IMG/VR virus record: IMGVR_UViG_3300030451_004121
Coordinates: 1 to 64,000 of that record
Length of the DNA stretch: 64,000 nucleotides
Strand: one strand, 5' to 3'
From: an uncultured virus (IMG/VR IMGVR_UViG_3300030451_004121)
Lineage: Duplodnaviria; Heunggongvirae; Uroviricota; Caudoviricetes; Crassvirales
Shown here one piece after another: positions 27,037 to 37,919 of this stretch. The notes below the pieces were generated by a model. It had not been told where the DNA came from and made no database searches. It saw nothing but the letters and a program-made list of their open reading frames with translations. The position numbers and the translations under genes are program-made. Position 1 is the stretch's first letter. The number at the start of each line of letters is the position of its first letter.

Positions 27037-27738
27037 ATGATAAACGTAGATAGAATATATCAAAGAGTTTTAACTCTTGCAAACAAAGAGCAAAGAGGAT
27101 ATATAACACCTCAAGAATTTAACACACTCGCTAACCAGGCACAAATGGATATATTTGAGCAATACTTCTACGATTTAAATCAATTCTTAAAAATGCCTGG
27201 AAACAACACTGTACATGCTGACATGGTAGACGTATTAGAAGAAAAGATAAGTGTTTTTGAACAAACTGTTCCTGCTAATCCTGCTGTAGTCGATAATACT
27301 ATATCGTTAGCTGCCCTTCCGAATTTTTATAGATTAACGAGTATTGCTTTTCAAAATATAATTTATGAGCCTGTAAGTAAAAAAGAATTTAGATTATTTC
27401 AACTTAGCCCTTTAACAACACCATCAGCTGAAAGACCTGTGTATATGTTAGATAGGTTTGATCATGTAGTTACTTTTCTTGGTAGACAAGATCCAGTTGT
27501 TGATGTAGACTATATAAGATCGCCACAACCAGTTAATTGGACTTATGTAGTTGTACAGGGTAAGGCACTTTATAACGCCAACGCTACGGATGCTCAAGAT
27601 TTTGAACTACATCCATCAGAAGAAACTGAACTAGTTTTAAAAATATTAACACTAGCAGGGTTTACATTAAAAGATCCAAACCTTTACCAAGCGGCAGCTG
27701 GTGAAGACTTAAAAAACACTCAACAACAAAAACAATAA
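27037..27738 (+). CDS. Head-tail adaptor/tail ring protein (putative)
   Basis: NKEQRGYITPQEFN N-terminus; position after the head genes. Confidence 0.65.
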   Translation: MINVDRIYQRVLTLANKEQRGYITPQEFNTLANQAQMDIFEQYFYDLNQFLKMPGNNTVHADMVDVLEEKISVFEQTVPANPAVVDNTISLAALPNFYRLTSIAFQNIIYEPVSKKEFRLFQLSPLTTPSAERPVYMLDRFDHVVTFLGRQDPVVDVDYIRSPQPVNWTYVVVQGKALYNANATDAQDFELHPSEETELVLKILTLAGFTLKDPNLYQAAAGEDLKNTQQQKQ

Positions 27739-27743
27739 AATAA

Positions 27744-29234
27744 ATGGCATTATTAGATCAAACACAGCAAGATTATTATGACGGTAACGATTTTGGTGGT
27801 TATCAGTTCATATCACTAAGTGATATTATAACTAATTTTACAATAGCTTATGTTGGTGAAAACAAAATAATACCAAAAATAAAAAGAACTGATATAGCTT
27901 TTCATGCTCAACGAGCGATACAAGAGTTGTCATTTGATACTTTTAAATCTATTAAGTCTCAAGAAATTACATTGCCACCCTCTTTAACAATGGTGCTTCC
28001 GCAAGACTACGTTAATTACACTAAAATATGCTGGGTAGACAGCAATGGTATAGAACGCCCTTTATATCCAACTAAACACACTTCAAATCCTACTCCTATA
28101 CAACAAGACGCGAATGGTAATTATAAACTAACAGCTGTAGGTACTTTGACTAACGGAAGTAATTTGGTTGTTTTAGACAAAATATACAAAAACATTTTAG
28201 TAGGAATGCAGGTTAATGCTCCTAATTTTTTAAATACTGGTAGCACTCAAGCTGCTCCTAGTTTTCCTCATGGAACTGTTGTTGGTAGTGTTGTCCACGA
28301 CTCCCCTTCGTATCCTGGTGTGACAGTTATAGGTTTGGTAGATTATCTTAGTGGAGGTTTTCCTTCTGGTCTTAATCCTAATGATATTCCTGATGGTAGT
28401 TCGGTTAATTCTAATTTTACCGGTGATGAAACCCTAACATTTAATATGTTTCGAGAACCTTTCCCTGGTAGTGCTGGGAATTTACTTGCAGATGTTACAA
28501 ACGAAAGCCTTGTAATAGAAACAGGAGGTGGTGTTGTGCTAAATAATCTTACTTACACTACTAATGACGATAAAATAACAGCCGCTTCTGCCGCTGACGC
28601 TGCTCAAGTTTCTGTAGGTATGTATGTCTCGCATACTCATATGACACCTGGTTCTAAAGTAGTAGATGTAAATGGATCTGTAATAACAGTTAATAATCCG
28701 CTTCTTGCAGACGATGGAGATAATCCTACATGGGGTTCTACTAATCAAATGACTTTTATTACAATACCAGCAGAGTCTGAAACTTGGCAAAGCTTTAAAA
28801 CAGTAAATGATTTAGATTTAGATGATTCTTTAGCTTATAATCATGACACCGATATATACGACTTAAATATAGGGCAAAGATATGGTTTGGAGCCAGAGCA
28901 CTCGCAAACTAACGGAACGTATTATATAGATGAATTAAAAGGAAAAATACATTTTTCATCTAATGTTTCACAAAAAACTGTAATATTAAAATATATAAGC
29001 GATGGGCTTGGGACTGATGCTGAAATGGTTGTGCATAAATTTGCAGAAGAAGCGATGTACAAGTGTATAGCATACGCCGTATTATCTACTAGTGTTACTG
29101 GACAAAGTTTAGTACCTAGATTCAAACGAGAAAAATTTGCAGCCGTAAGAACAGCTAAACTAAGACTATCAAATATTAAAATACACGAACTTGTTCAAAC
29201 TATGAGAAACAAGTCTGCTTGGATAAAAAGATAA
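27744..29234 (+). CDS. Tail ring/tubular protein with beta-rich insertion (putative)
   Basis: Helical termini (LPQDYVNY; VHKFAEEAMY) flanking a Gly/Thr/Val-rich insert. Confidence 0.6.
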   Translation: MALLDQTQQDYYDGNDFGGYQFISLSDIITNFTIAYVGENKIIPKIKRTDIAFHAQRAIQELSFDTFKSIKSQEITLPPSLTMVLPQDYVNYTKICWVDSNGIERPLYPTKHTSNPTPIQQDANGNYKLTAVGTLTNGSNLVVLDKIYKNILVGMQVNAPNFLNTGSTQAAPSFPHGTVVGSVVHDSPSYPGVTVIGLVDYLSGGFPSGLNPNDIPDGSSVNSNFTGDETLTFNMFREPFPGSAGNLLADVTNESLVIETGGGVVLNNLTYTTNDDKITAASAADAAQVSVGMYVSHTHMTPGSKVVDVNGSVITVNNPLLADDGDNPTWGSTNQMTFITIPAESETWQSFKTVNDLDLDDSLAYNHDTDIYDLNIGQRYGLEPEHSQTNGTYYIDELKGKIHFSSNVSQKTVILKYISDGLGTDAEMVVHKFAEEAMYKCIAYAVLSTSVTGQSLVPRFKREKFAAVRTAKLRLSNIKIHELVQTMRNKSAWIKR

Positions 29235-29237
29235 AAT

Positions 29238-32200
29238 ATGCCTGAAATTAAAAATGTTTTTCGTTCTGGTATCATGAATAAAGATGATGACGAACGAATA
29301 ATACCTAATGGACAATATAGAGATGCAATGAATATTGAAGTTTCTACATCTGAAGATTCTGATGTTGGAACTGTACAAAACATATTAGGTAATACTAGGA
29401 CTGATGATCTAAGTATTTTAGACGGTGATCAAATGAAAGCGATCGGTAGTATCGCGGATGAAAAAAATGATAAGTTTTATTGGTTTGTAACAGGGTTTGA
29501 CTCTAATGGCGCTCATATAGATGCTATTATAGAACATTCTAATAATGGTGTTATTACTCCTGTTTTTGTAGATAGAACACAAAATGTTTTAAAGTTCAAT
29601 AAAAACAGTGTAATCACAGGTATAAATATAATAGATAATTTACTTTTTTGGACAGATAATATAAACGAGCCAAGAAAAATAAATATTGACAACTGTAAAG
29701 CTGGTACAAGTGATTATACCACAACTACTAAACTTATAGTAAACGGCGTAGATAAAGGTTTTATTGCTGAAGAACATATCACTGTTATAAAAAGACAGCC
29801 TTATGTTGCTCCAAAAGTTATTCCTGGTGAAACAATAATACAAACTGAATTTACCTTTGAGTCAAAAGACATTACTGTAAGTGGTGGTTTGCCTATACCC
29901 GGAACAGACGATATTACACTTACAATTTTAACTACTTCAAATATACACAACCCTTTTGAGTTTAGTGTAGGTGATGTTGTAATAGGTAGTAGGCCTAATA
30001 CGCTTGGAACACTTCCAATTAATTTTGAAATAAAATTAAAGGTTTTAAGTATAGGAGTAGATACTTTTGACGCCTCTACCGGAGAAGGTGAATTTACTGC
30101 TACTTACGAAATATTAGAACTTAGCGATGATATATCTGAAGAAGATGCTGCTGATATAATATTCAATGTAAGAAAATTAAGAGAAGAAAAACCTATATTT
30201 GAAAAAGAATTTGTTAGGTTTGCCACAAGATATAAATACGTAGACGGTGAATACTCTGCGTTCTCTCCTTTTACACAACCAGTATTTCTAGCTGGTTCAT
30301 TTGGTTTTCATCCAATAAAAGATTCGCACAATGTTGGTATGACTAACAAGCTGTTGACTATAAAATTACAAGACTTAGTTCCAGATCACACTCCAGATGA
30401 TGTTATTCAAATAGATATTTTATTTAAGAAAGATGATTCAACAACTATTTACACTGTTGACAGTATAAGACCTGATGACGGTACTGATTACTGGGAAGAC
30501 AATAGTTATAATCAATATTCTATTATAAGCGATAGTTACCCATTGGCAGGTAGTTCAGACTCTCAATATATAGAAACTGCTAACTTTGGATATAAAGGTC
30601 AGTACGAAATAAGTACAGAAAACATATACGCAGCCCTACCCGCTAATCAAATACTAAGACCTTATGACAACGTACCTAGAAAAGCGTTAGCACAAGAAAT
30701 AACTGGTAATAGATTAGTTTACGGTAACTATTTACAAAACTATAATTTAAAAACATTTCAAGACGAACAAGTTTATATTGACTTAGATTTAGATTTTGAA
30801 AGTAGAAATGCTGGTTATGGTGCTGTAGATTTTAGTACTGGTAAACGTTCCGTTAAAACTGATAGAACTTATTATTTAGGTATTGTTTACGGTGATAAAT
30901 ACGGTAGAGAAACACCTGTGTTTACCGGTAAAAATAGTTCTATAGAAATACCTTTTGATGCTGATGGTACTGATCTATTTGATGGTAATGCTAGCAAGTC
31001 GTTACAGCTTTGTGGTAATTTAGCTGGAAAACAACCTTCTTGGGCTCATTATTACAAATATTTTATAAAACAAACTACTGGTGGTTATCACAATTTAACT
31101 TTAGACAGAGTTTATAAATCTATAAGGGATCAAAGTATGTGGCTTTCTTTTCCTTCTTCAGATAGAAACAAATTACAAGAAGGCGATTATGTTATAATGA
31201 AGAAAGAGATAGACACTAATAATCAAGTGCCTGTTGATAATAGAATAAAAATAATAGATATAAGTAATGAGGCTCCAGAGTCTATAAAGTTTAACTTAAC
31301 AACATTAGGAACTGGCGGAGGTAGTGAAGAAAATTTAGCTGATTTATTCCCAGACGCAAATGGTAAACCAGCTGAGGATGCCGTGCGTATAGCTATAGAC
31401 AAAGAGGTTTGGGTTAATACGGAGTTTGGCTCTAACCTAGATAATTTTACATCGTCTGATAGATTTGCCATACAGTTTTCTATAAGAAGTGGTAACGTTA
31501 GAACTTTTTCAGACATATACTTTGTAGCCTCTGCATACCAAGAAGACGATGGTACTATCGGTAGATATGTATTTATACTAAGAAGAAAAATAACTGCTGC
31601 TGATCAGTGGGTAGAAAGCTCTGCTGGTGTTTTAGACACTAGTTTAACAATGGAGTTGTTTTTATTAGAAAACAAAGATACCGTAGAGTTTGAAGGTAGA
31701 TTTTTTGCTAAAGTAGCATCTTCACCTTTAACGCAGAGATTTTTATTGCCAAGTCAAAACGACACAGATGATTTTGCTTTGGTAGCTAGGGCTTACGCTT
31801 TTTGGTTAGCTGACATACCTACGGCTGACTCTAGGCAAGATGGTGGTGTAGGAATTTTAAATTCTTCTTCAGGTGCTATGCTAGGGTGGACCGCTAATAC
31901 TAATGCTATAACAAGTAGTGCCTCTAGTAATACACAAGAAGAGTGGGGGTTGATAACTAAATTCAATACAGACGCAGAGTCTACTTCAGGTTGGTTTATA
32001 GATAACACTCATTTTGCGTCGTCACAAGAACCTTTTGATTTTCACAATCAATGGGATGCTTGGTACTCTGGTAGAATGACAAAAGGTAATCCTATACAGA
32101 TCAGTCAAGCTGGTGGTTCATCGCAAGAAGTAAACGGCTTAGAAGGTATAGTTGAAGTAAACAACGCTAATATTGCCGGCTATCCATATCGTGTTGACTC

Positions 32201-35200
32201 TGGTGATCCAAAGGGAGCTAAACACTGGTTAAAGTTTGCTAAGAGATATAATCAAGGCTTAGAAGATCCTAGCGCAACACCTCCAACCTCTGCTTTAGAT
32301 GGTTTTATAGATGGTAGTACATTTGATCAAGAAGTTTTAAATACTTACATAGCAAAAGGTCCTTACGAGACTGCTAATAGTAAAAAGGGTATATTTATGC
32401 ATTTATCCTTTGCTTGTCCTGGCGTAGATTTACATGATGGTTATTTTCCTGATGATTACGCTCCAGATCCTTTTGACGATTTTAACAATGGTGCTAATAA
32501 CCATTTTATAGAAAATTTACAATGGATAGTTTCTGGTGGTATACATCTTCAAGGAGACGTTAAGTCTTCGGCTGGTAGAAACTATGGTTATTTCAACCAA
32601 AATGTTACTGCTGTTGGGCTAGAAGCGCATGACAATCAGTTTAATCCTGGTTATTTAGATCCTGGTGCCGGCGCGGTTGCTAATCAATTAGCTACTGGTA
32701 ATCAATTTAAGTTTGAAGGAGACGATGTTACTGTTTATACCATTGTTAGCGTTGACGTTAAATTTTTATACAATCACACGTCTTGGAACCCAATGGTAGC
32801 TACAGATAACACTGGAGATGACAAGTATGAAAACAATTTACTAAACTTTTCAGATACTAACGCCCACGCTAGTGTATCCAACGCTTTTGATAAATATCTC
32901 GCAAGTAACAATGATCCAAATGCATTATTAAGACTAAAAAACACTATAGTAAACTTTGGTAAAGCAAATAATAGAAGAGTTTGTTTTATAGTGCAATTAG
33001 ACAAAGATCCTAGAACTATTTATGATCCAAGAGGTAGTGGTAAGGCAACGCCTACTACTTTTAACGCTATAAACTTTATCGACACATATATAGAGCCTGG
33101 TAAAAATACTTTACCTATAACACCAGCTATATTTGAAACAGAGGCAAAAGAAGAGCCAGATTTAAATATATATTTTGAGGCTAGCAATGCTTATCCTAGA
33201 ATATTAGATTTTACAGACGGTACTGGTAGCACTGGGTTAAGCTCTAATTTAATAAACGCTGCCAGCAATGTTATACAAGATGCTATAATAAATCCAAATT
33301 CAACTAAAGGATCTATGTTAGCACCTATAGGTAGTAGAGTAGAATTAAAAAACTTTCCAGCTGGTATGCCTAATTTAAGTGTTATACAAGCGGCAAATCC
33401 AGAAGAAAATTTTTATGTTAGAGTAGCTGGTTGGGATGGTAATATACTTAGTTTAGCAAGCCCTGGTCTTTTAGTTAACGATAGTAATAATAACGCCATA
33501 AACTATACTACTAGAGTATTAAAATTCTACAGACAAGATGGTAGTTATACTCAAGCTGCTATTCATAGCGTTAGAGAAACAGTTGGAGACTATGTTACTA
33601 AAGTAGAGATGTTGCCATTAGTACACAATAGAAAAACAGCGTTACCTTACTATAACTGCATATCATTTGGTAATGGTGTTGAAAGTATTAGAATAAGAGA
33701 CGACTTTAATGGCATGCAAATAGCCAAAGGTGTCAAAGCATCAGCCACAATAGAACAGGCCTACGAAGAAGAAAGAAGAAAATATGGTTTAATACACTCT
33801 GGTTTATACAACTCTACTAGCGGTGTTAATAACTTAAACCAATTTATACAAGCAGAAAAAATAACTAAAGATATTAACCCTGTTTATGGTAGTATACAAA
33901 AGCTTTACGCTAGAAACAAAGATTTAGTAACGTTATGTGAGGATAAAATATTACAAATATTTGTTGATAGAGATATGTTGTTTAATGCTGATGGTAATGC
34001 ACAGTTACTAACCAGTAATAGATTTTTAGGTGCAACACAACCTTTTAGAGGCAACTATGGTATATCTAAAAATCCAGAGTCTTTTGCCGCTGAGTCATTT
34101 AGAGCTTACTTTACAGATAAACAAAGAGGTGCTGTAATGAGACTTTCAATGGACGGTTTAACGCCTATATCCTCGGCTGGTATGCACGACTTTTTTAGAG
34201 ATAATTTAAGAGATGGTGGTAGATTATATGGTAGTTACGACGCTTATAAACAAGATTATAACTTATCTATTTATTATGCAACTGATACAAATGAAGTTTT
34301 AAATCCAGAGTTTAACGAAGCGTTGATTACAGAAGAAAATATTGGCAGTGACATGCTTTTAAACGGTGATTTTAGTTCTTTTACCAATAGCTTTACACCT
34401 AATCTTTTATCCCCACCTGACAGCGCAATCATGGCGGGTACTAACTGGATACCTGTTAATGTTTTTGATATTGCTCCTGATCCAAATTTTGGACAGCCAG
34501 AAAAAAGTATTTTAGCTTTCAACAGTTCGTCATTCTCTCCAAAATACAACAAAAAAATCTCACTTGACATTAGTAGCTTAAACATTAATAATATTGATGT
34601 TTTAAAAATTGGTTTTGAAACTGATACTAATAGTTCCGAGGCAGAAGATCATATTTACGGTGCGCTAGGAGGAACAGTTGGTAGCGCTACACAAACTTTA
34701 GATACTTTAAAAGTTACTTTGTATAACGATCAAGGTAATGCAGGTATTGTTGTAAGTTCAGCAGACGTTCAGGATGCTCACGCGGGTAATGGTTATCAAG
34801 ATAAGACTTATGAGTTTGAGAAAACTATGAGTATTTTTAACTCTAACCCATCACTTGCTAACAAACTTACAATTCATCAAACCTTGTTTCCAAAAAAGCA
34901 CCTTTACATAGATAATATAGTTTTGAAAAAACAAATAACCACTACGGCCGACTGGACTTTAAGTGGTGGCGCTGTTAGTGTTAACGACAAAATATTGATG
35001 CCTGACGGTAGTAGTATATCTCAAACTCAAAACTCTAATATTATTGAAGCTGGTAAAAAATATAGAATAAGTTATGATAATTTTTACGTTTCTGGAGATC
35101 CAAAAATAACTTTAACATCTGCAAGCGATTCAATATCTTTGCTTTCTGCTTCTGGTACTGATCATGTTTTTACTGTTGACTCTAACACTGTAACGCTTTC

Positions 35201-36167
35201 TATGAATGGTGGCTCCGCGGAAATGATTTATCTTCAAATAAACGAAGTAACTCCTGTTGGTGGAACTGTTGGTTCTTGGGATTTAAATGGTGCTCAAACT
35301 CAAATATTTACTTCTGAGGGTTCGGATGGTAGTGTAGTTTTTAATTCCGCTGTTCAAGATACATATTTACACCAAAACTTAATACCTACAAATAGTATTT
35401 TAGATTACAACCCTGGAGTTAAATGCAATATTAGTTTCAACATATCTGGCTACTCAGGATCTGGAGAGTTAAGTTTTAGATTGTACAATAACGATGGAGA
35501 AGGCTTTGAGCACACTATAAGTGCCGATGGACAATATAATTTTTCAGGCACCATAGGCAACGAAGATACTACTGATGCTACTTTGCACAATAAGTTTGGT
35601 TTTTACGTTTCTTCATCCAATACTTTTAGTGGTACTATAGATAGTGTATACTTAAATATTGATGGTGAAGGTACTGGTAAAACTATTACTTATAACGAAA
35701 AGTCAAAAGGCTGGGTTAGTTTTAAGAGCTTTGTTCCAGAACTTGGTGTTAGCAGTGTAAATCAATATTACACTTTTAACAACGGTCAGTTATGGAAACA
35801 CCATACAAATCAAAAAAGAAACGTATTTTATGGCATACATACAGATTCATCAGTAACGCCAGTATTAAACTCAATGCCAGAGTTGGTAAAACATTTTAAC
35901 ACGCTAAATTACGAAGGCACTCAAGCTAAAATAGATTTATTTACAACCGACGCCACTACGGGGCTTACAGACGGCGAATACTACAACTTAGAAGAAAAGA
36001 AAGGTTGGTACGTTGAAGATATACATACAAATAAACAAGAAGGTATGTTGAATGAATTTATAGAAAAAGAAGGTAAATGGTTTAACTATATAAAAGGAAC
36101 AGAGTTACACGTTGATACAGCAGCGTTTAACTTTCAAGGATTAGGCACGGTTTTAAACGCACAATAA
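29238..36167 (+). CDS. Large tail nozzle/stabilization protein (2309 aa)
   Basis: MNKDDDERIIPNGQYRDAMNI start, LLFWTDNINEPRKIN, YGISKNPESFA, KEGKWFNYI; typical of P22 gp10/crAss muzzle-like proteins. Confidence 0.7.
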   Translation: MPEIKNVFRSGIMNKDDDERIIPNGQYRDAMNIEVSTSEDSDVGTVQNILGNTRTDDLSILDGDQMKAIGSIADEKNDKFYWFVTGFDSNGAHIDAIIEHSNNGVITPVFVDRTQNVLKFNKNSVITGINIIDNLLFWTDNINEPRKINIDNCKAGTSDYTTTTKLIVNGVDKGFIAEEHITVIKRQPYVAPKVIPGETIIQTEFTFESKDITVSGGLPIPGTDDITLTILTTSNIHNPFEFSVGDVVIGSRPNTLGTLPINFEIKLKVLSIGVDTFDASTGEGEFTATYEILELSDDISEEDAADIIFNVRKLREEKPIFEKEFVRFATRYKYVDGEYSAFSPFTQPVFLAGSFGFHPIKDSHNVGMTNKLLTIKLQDLVPDHTPDDVIQIDILFKKDDSTTIYTVDSIRPDDGTDYWEDNSYNQYSIISDSYPLAGSSDSQYIETANFGYKGQYEISTENIYAALPANQILRPYDNVPRKALAQEITGNRLVYGNYLQNYNLKTFQDEQVYIDLDLDFESRNAGYGAVDFSTGKRSVKTDRTYYLGIVYGDKYGRETPVFTGKNSSIEIPFDADGTDLFDGNASKSLQLCGNLAGKQPSWAHYYKYFIKQTTGGYHNLTLDRVYKSIRDQSMWLSFPSSDRNKLQEGDYVIMKKEIDTNNQVPVDNRIKIIDISNEAPESIKFNLTTLGTGGGSEENLADLFPDANGKPAEDAVRIAIDKEVWVNTEFGSNLDNFTSSDRFAIQFSIRSGNVRTFSDIYFVASAYQEDDGTIGRYVFILRRKITAADQWVESSAGVLDTSLTMELFLLENKDTVEFEGRFFAKVASSPLTQRFLLPSQNDTDDFALVARAYAFWLADIPTADSRQDGGVGILNSSSGAMLGWTANTNAITSSASSNTQEEWGLITKFNTDAESTSGWFIDNTHFASSQEPFDFHNQWDAWYSGRMTKGNPIQISQAGGSSQEVNGLEGIVEVNNANIAGYPYRVDSGDPKGAKHWLKFAKRYNQGLEDPSATPPTSALDGFIDGSTFDQEVLNTYIAKGPYETANSKKGIFMHLSFACPGVDLHDGYFPDDYAPDPFDDFNNGANNHFIENLQWIVSGGIHLQGDVKSSAGRNYGYFNQNVTAVGLEAHDNQFNPGYLDPGAGAVANQLATGNQFKFEGDDVTVYTIVSVDVKFLYNHTSWNPMVATDNTGDDKYENNLLNFSDTNAHASVSNAFDKYLASNNDPNALLRLKNTIVNFGKANNRRVCFIVQLDKDPRTIYDPRGSGKATPTTFNAINFIDTYIEPGKNTLPITPAIFETEAKEEPDLNIYFEASNAYPRILDFTDGTGSTGLSSNLINAASNVIQDAIINPNSTKGSMLAPIGSRVELKNFPAGMPNLSVIQAANPEENFYVRVAGWDGNILSLASPGLLVNDSNNNAINYTTRVLKFYRQDGSYTQAAIHSVRETVGDYVTKVEMLPLVHNRKTALPYYNCISFGNGVESIRIRDDFNGMQIAKGVKASATIEQAYEEERRKYGLIHSGLYNSTSGVNNLNQFIQAEKITKDINPVYGSIQKLYARNKDLVTLCEDKILQIFVDRDMLFNADGNAQLLTSNRFLGATQPFRGNYGISKNPESFAAESFRAYFTDKQRGAVMRLSMDGLTPISSAGMHDFFRDNLRDGGRLYGSYDAYKQDYNLSIYYATDTNEVLNPEFNEALITEENIGSDMLLNGDFSSFTNSFTPNLLSPPDSAIMAGTNWIPVNVFDIAPDPNFGQPEKSILAFNSSSFSPKYNKKISLDISSLNINNIDVLKIGFETDTNSSEAEDHIYGALGGTVGSATQTLDTLKVTLYNDQGNAGIVVSSADVQDAHAGNGYQDKTYEFEKTMSIFNSNPSLANKLTIHQTLFPKKHLYIDNIVLKKQITTTADWTLSGGAVSVNDKILMPDGSSISQTQNSNIIEAGKKYRISYDNFYVSGDPKITLTSASDSISLLSASGTDHVFTVDSNTVTLSMNGGSAEMIYLQINEVTPVGGTVGSWDLNGAQTQIFTSEGSDGSVVFNSAVQDTYLHQNLIPTNSILDYNPGVKCNISFNISGYSGSGELSFRLYNNDGEGFEHTISADGQYNFSGTIGNEDTTDATLHNKFGFYVSSSNTFSGTIDSVYLNIDGEGTGKTITYNEKSKGWVSFKSFVPELGVSSVNQYYTFNNGQLWKHHTNQKRNVFYGIHTDSSVTPVLNSMPELVKHFNTLNYEGTQAKIDLFTTDATTGLTDGEYYNLEEKKGWYVEDIHTNKQEGMLNEFIEKEGKWFNYIKGTELHVDTAAFNFQGLGTVLNAQ

Positions 36168-36168
36168 T

Positions 36169-37425
36169 ATGGAGATAATTAAAAACATAAACATAGACAC
36201 GTCTAGCTTAAAGGCAGAGGCTGTAGGTAGAGTTTTAAATATAGACGCTACTAGTAACGCTAGATACGTAGTTAGAGTAAGTAGATCTTCAGATACAAAT
36301 TTATATAATTTTGATACAGATGCTTTTGCAACAGAGTCTTCTAACTCAAATTTTAATGGGGTTGGATCACAACAAATAGCAATATCTTTTCCAGCTGCCT
36401 CAAGCGGTGATACATATACTATAAATATATTTTCTACTAACGGCGCGGAAATTTTAGGTAGTTCTAATAAACTTTTTAAATCTATAACTTTACAACAAGT
36501 TGGTAACGCTACTATAACTTTTACAGCTACTGGAACTGGTTTTACAAACACAGATGTAGGTGACTCTACGGGTTCTACAGTTGACAGTTTTGCTGCTAGC
36601 TCTACACCTACAGTGGTTATGAATCAAAAACAAATAACCGTACCATCAGTTTTTGCAGATTATGGTTTTTTTATAACTAGTACTACTTCAGATTTAAATA
36701 ATGGTGAGTGGGATAGTGGTGCTTTTTATTGGCAAACAACAGAGGCTATAGTTACTAATCCAGCCGGTGATGGTGTTAGTAGTAACACAGTAACTGTAGC
36801 TGATTTAACAGGTCTGGTAGTAGGTATGACTTTAGTGTATCACAAAGGTACAACAGCGCCCGGATCAGCAACTACTATAAGTGATATAGATCTTGATACT
36901 AAAACCATAACTTTTTCGACTAGCACCGCGTTTGAAGAAAGTGAAACTATGACTTTTAGAGCTTTTGGTCCTAATTTAATAAAACAAGCTATTGGCATTG
37001 GTTTTACAATAACAAATCCTACTGTTAGATTAGGACAGACTACAACTAGTATAGACGACGAACTAACATCTAATGTTGCAGCTGGAGCAGATATAAATGT
37101 GAATGGCACCACAGGTATAGGTGTAGGAGCTACTATACGTATGAGAGGGTTAAGCAAAGATTCTAGCGCTAGCGCTTGCACGGTGTCACTTGTAGATTCT
37201 ACTTCTAATGGTGGGGGTGTAAATGGTGGCGCTATACGATTAGCAAACGGACAGTTAGAGGCTAGTAGCGATAGACCTATTAGAACTCAAACAAAAATAT
37301 ACGTAGATGGCAGTAGTAACAAGGTGTTTTTGAACGGAACTATAAACATAATTAGATACCCAGCAGCAAACCAAAGTATATACATAGACATGAGTAAAAT
37401 AACGACACAAGGAACAGCAACATGA
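36169..37425 (+). CDS. Putative tail/fibre structural protein
   Basis: Thr/Ser/Gly-rich beta-type composition; position. Confidence 0.65.
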   Translation: MEIIKNINIDTSSLKAEAVGRVLNIDATSNARYVVRVSRSSDTNLYNFDTDAFATESSNSNFNGVGSQQIAISFPAASSGDTYTINIFSTNGAEILGSSNKLFKSITLQQVGNATITFTATGTGFTNTDVGDSTGSTVDSFAASSTPTVVMNQKQITVPSVFADYGFFITSTTSDLNNGEWDSGAFYWQTTEAIVTNPAGDGVSSNTVTVADLTGLVVGMTLVYHKGTTAPGSATTISDIDLDTKTITFSTSTAFEESETMTFRAFGPNLIKQAIGIGFTITNPTVRLGQTTTSIDDELTSNVAAGADINVNGTTGIGVGATIRMRGLSKDSSASACTVSLVDSTSNGGGVNGGAIRLANGQLEASSDRPIRTQTKIYVDGSSNKVFLNGTINIIRYPAANQSIYIDMSKITTQGTAT

Positions 37426-37880
37426 TAGATATAAATTTTGTAGGAAACATAAATAACGACTCTTTACAAATAGGCGATTTAGCTTATTATGTAAGTACGT
37501 CATCAACGGGTGGGTTTAACAACTCGACAACAGCCCCTATATTAATAGGTGTTATTACAGCTTTTTCAAACACCGCGGAACAAGTAGCGGGTTTTTGTTC
37601 TATAAACCCAGGAACTAACACTACACAACAGTTGTGTGATGATGCTGGTGGAGTTTTTACGCCTCCTGTAATAGGTCCACAAATGACTATAGATAACTCG
37701 GGTACAAGTGTAATGGCTAGTGATATAAGCCCTAATGATTTTATAATGTTTGCTAAAGACAGTAGAGTTAACATTTCAGGCTTAATTGGTTATTACGCAG
37801 AGGCAACATTTAAAAACAACTCTACAGAAAAAGCTGAGTTATACTCTGTGGCGTCTGAAATAACACCTAGTAGTAAATAA
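37422..37880 (+). CDS. Putative tail structural protein
   Basis: NDSLQIGD...FIMFAKD...GLIGYYAE. Confidence 0.65.
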   Translation: MIDINFVGNINNDSLQIGDLAYYVSTSSTGGFNNSTTAPILIGVITAFSNTAEQVAGFCSINPGTNTTQQLCDDAGGVFTPPVIGPQMTIDNSGTSVMASDISPNDFIMFAKDSRVNISGLIGYYAEATFKNNSTEKAELYSVASEITPSSK

Positions 37881-37900
37881 CACGTAAAAAGTGTAATAAT
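37874..37900 (+). promoter_or_regulatory. Late promoter-like motif (copy 2)
   Basis: TAAATAA-CACGTAAAAAGT-GTAATAAT upstream of the internal-protein operon. Confidence 0.6.
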
Positions 37901-37919
37901 AAATAAAAATAATATAATT

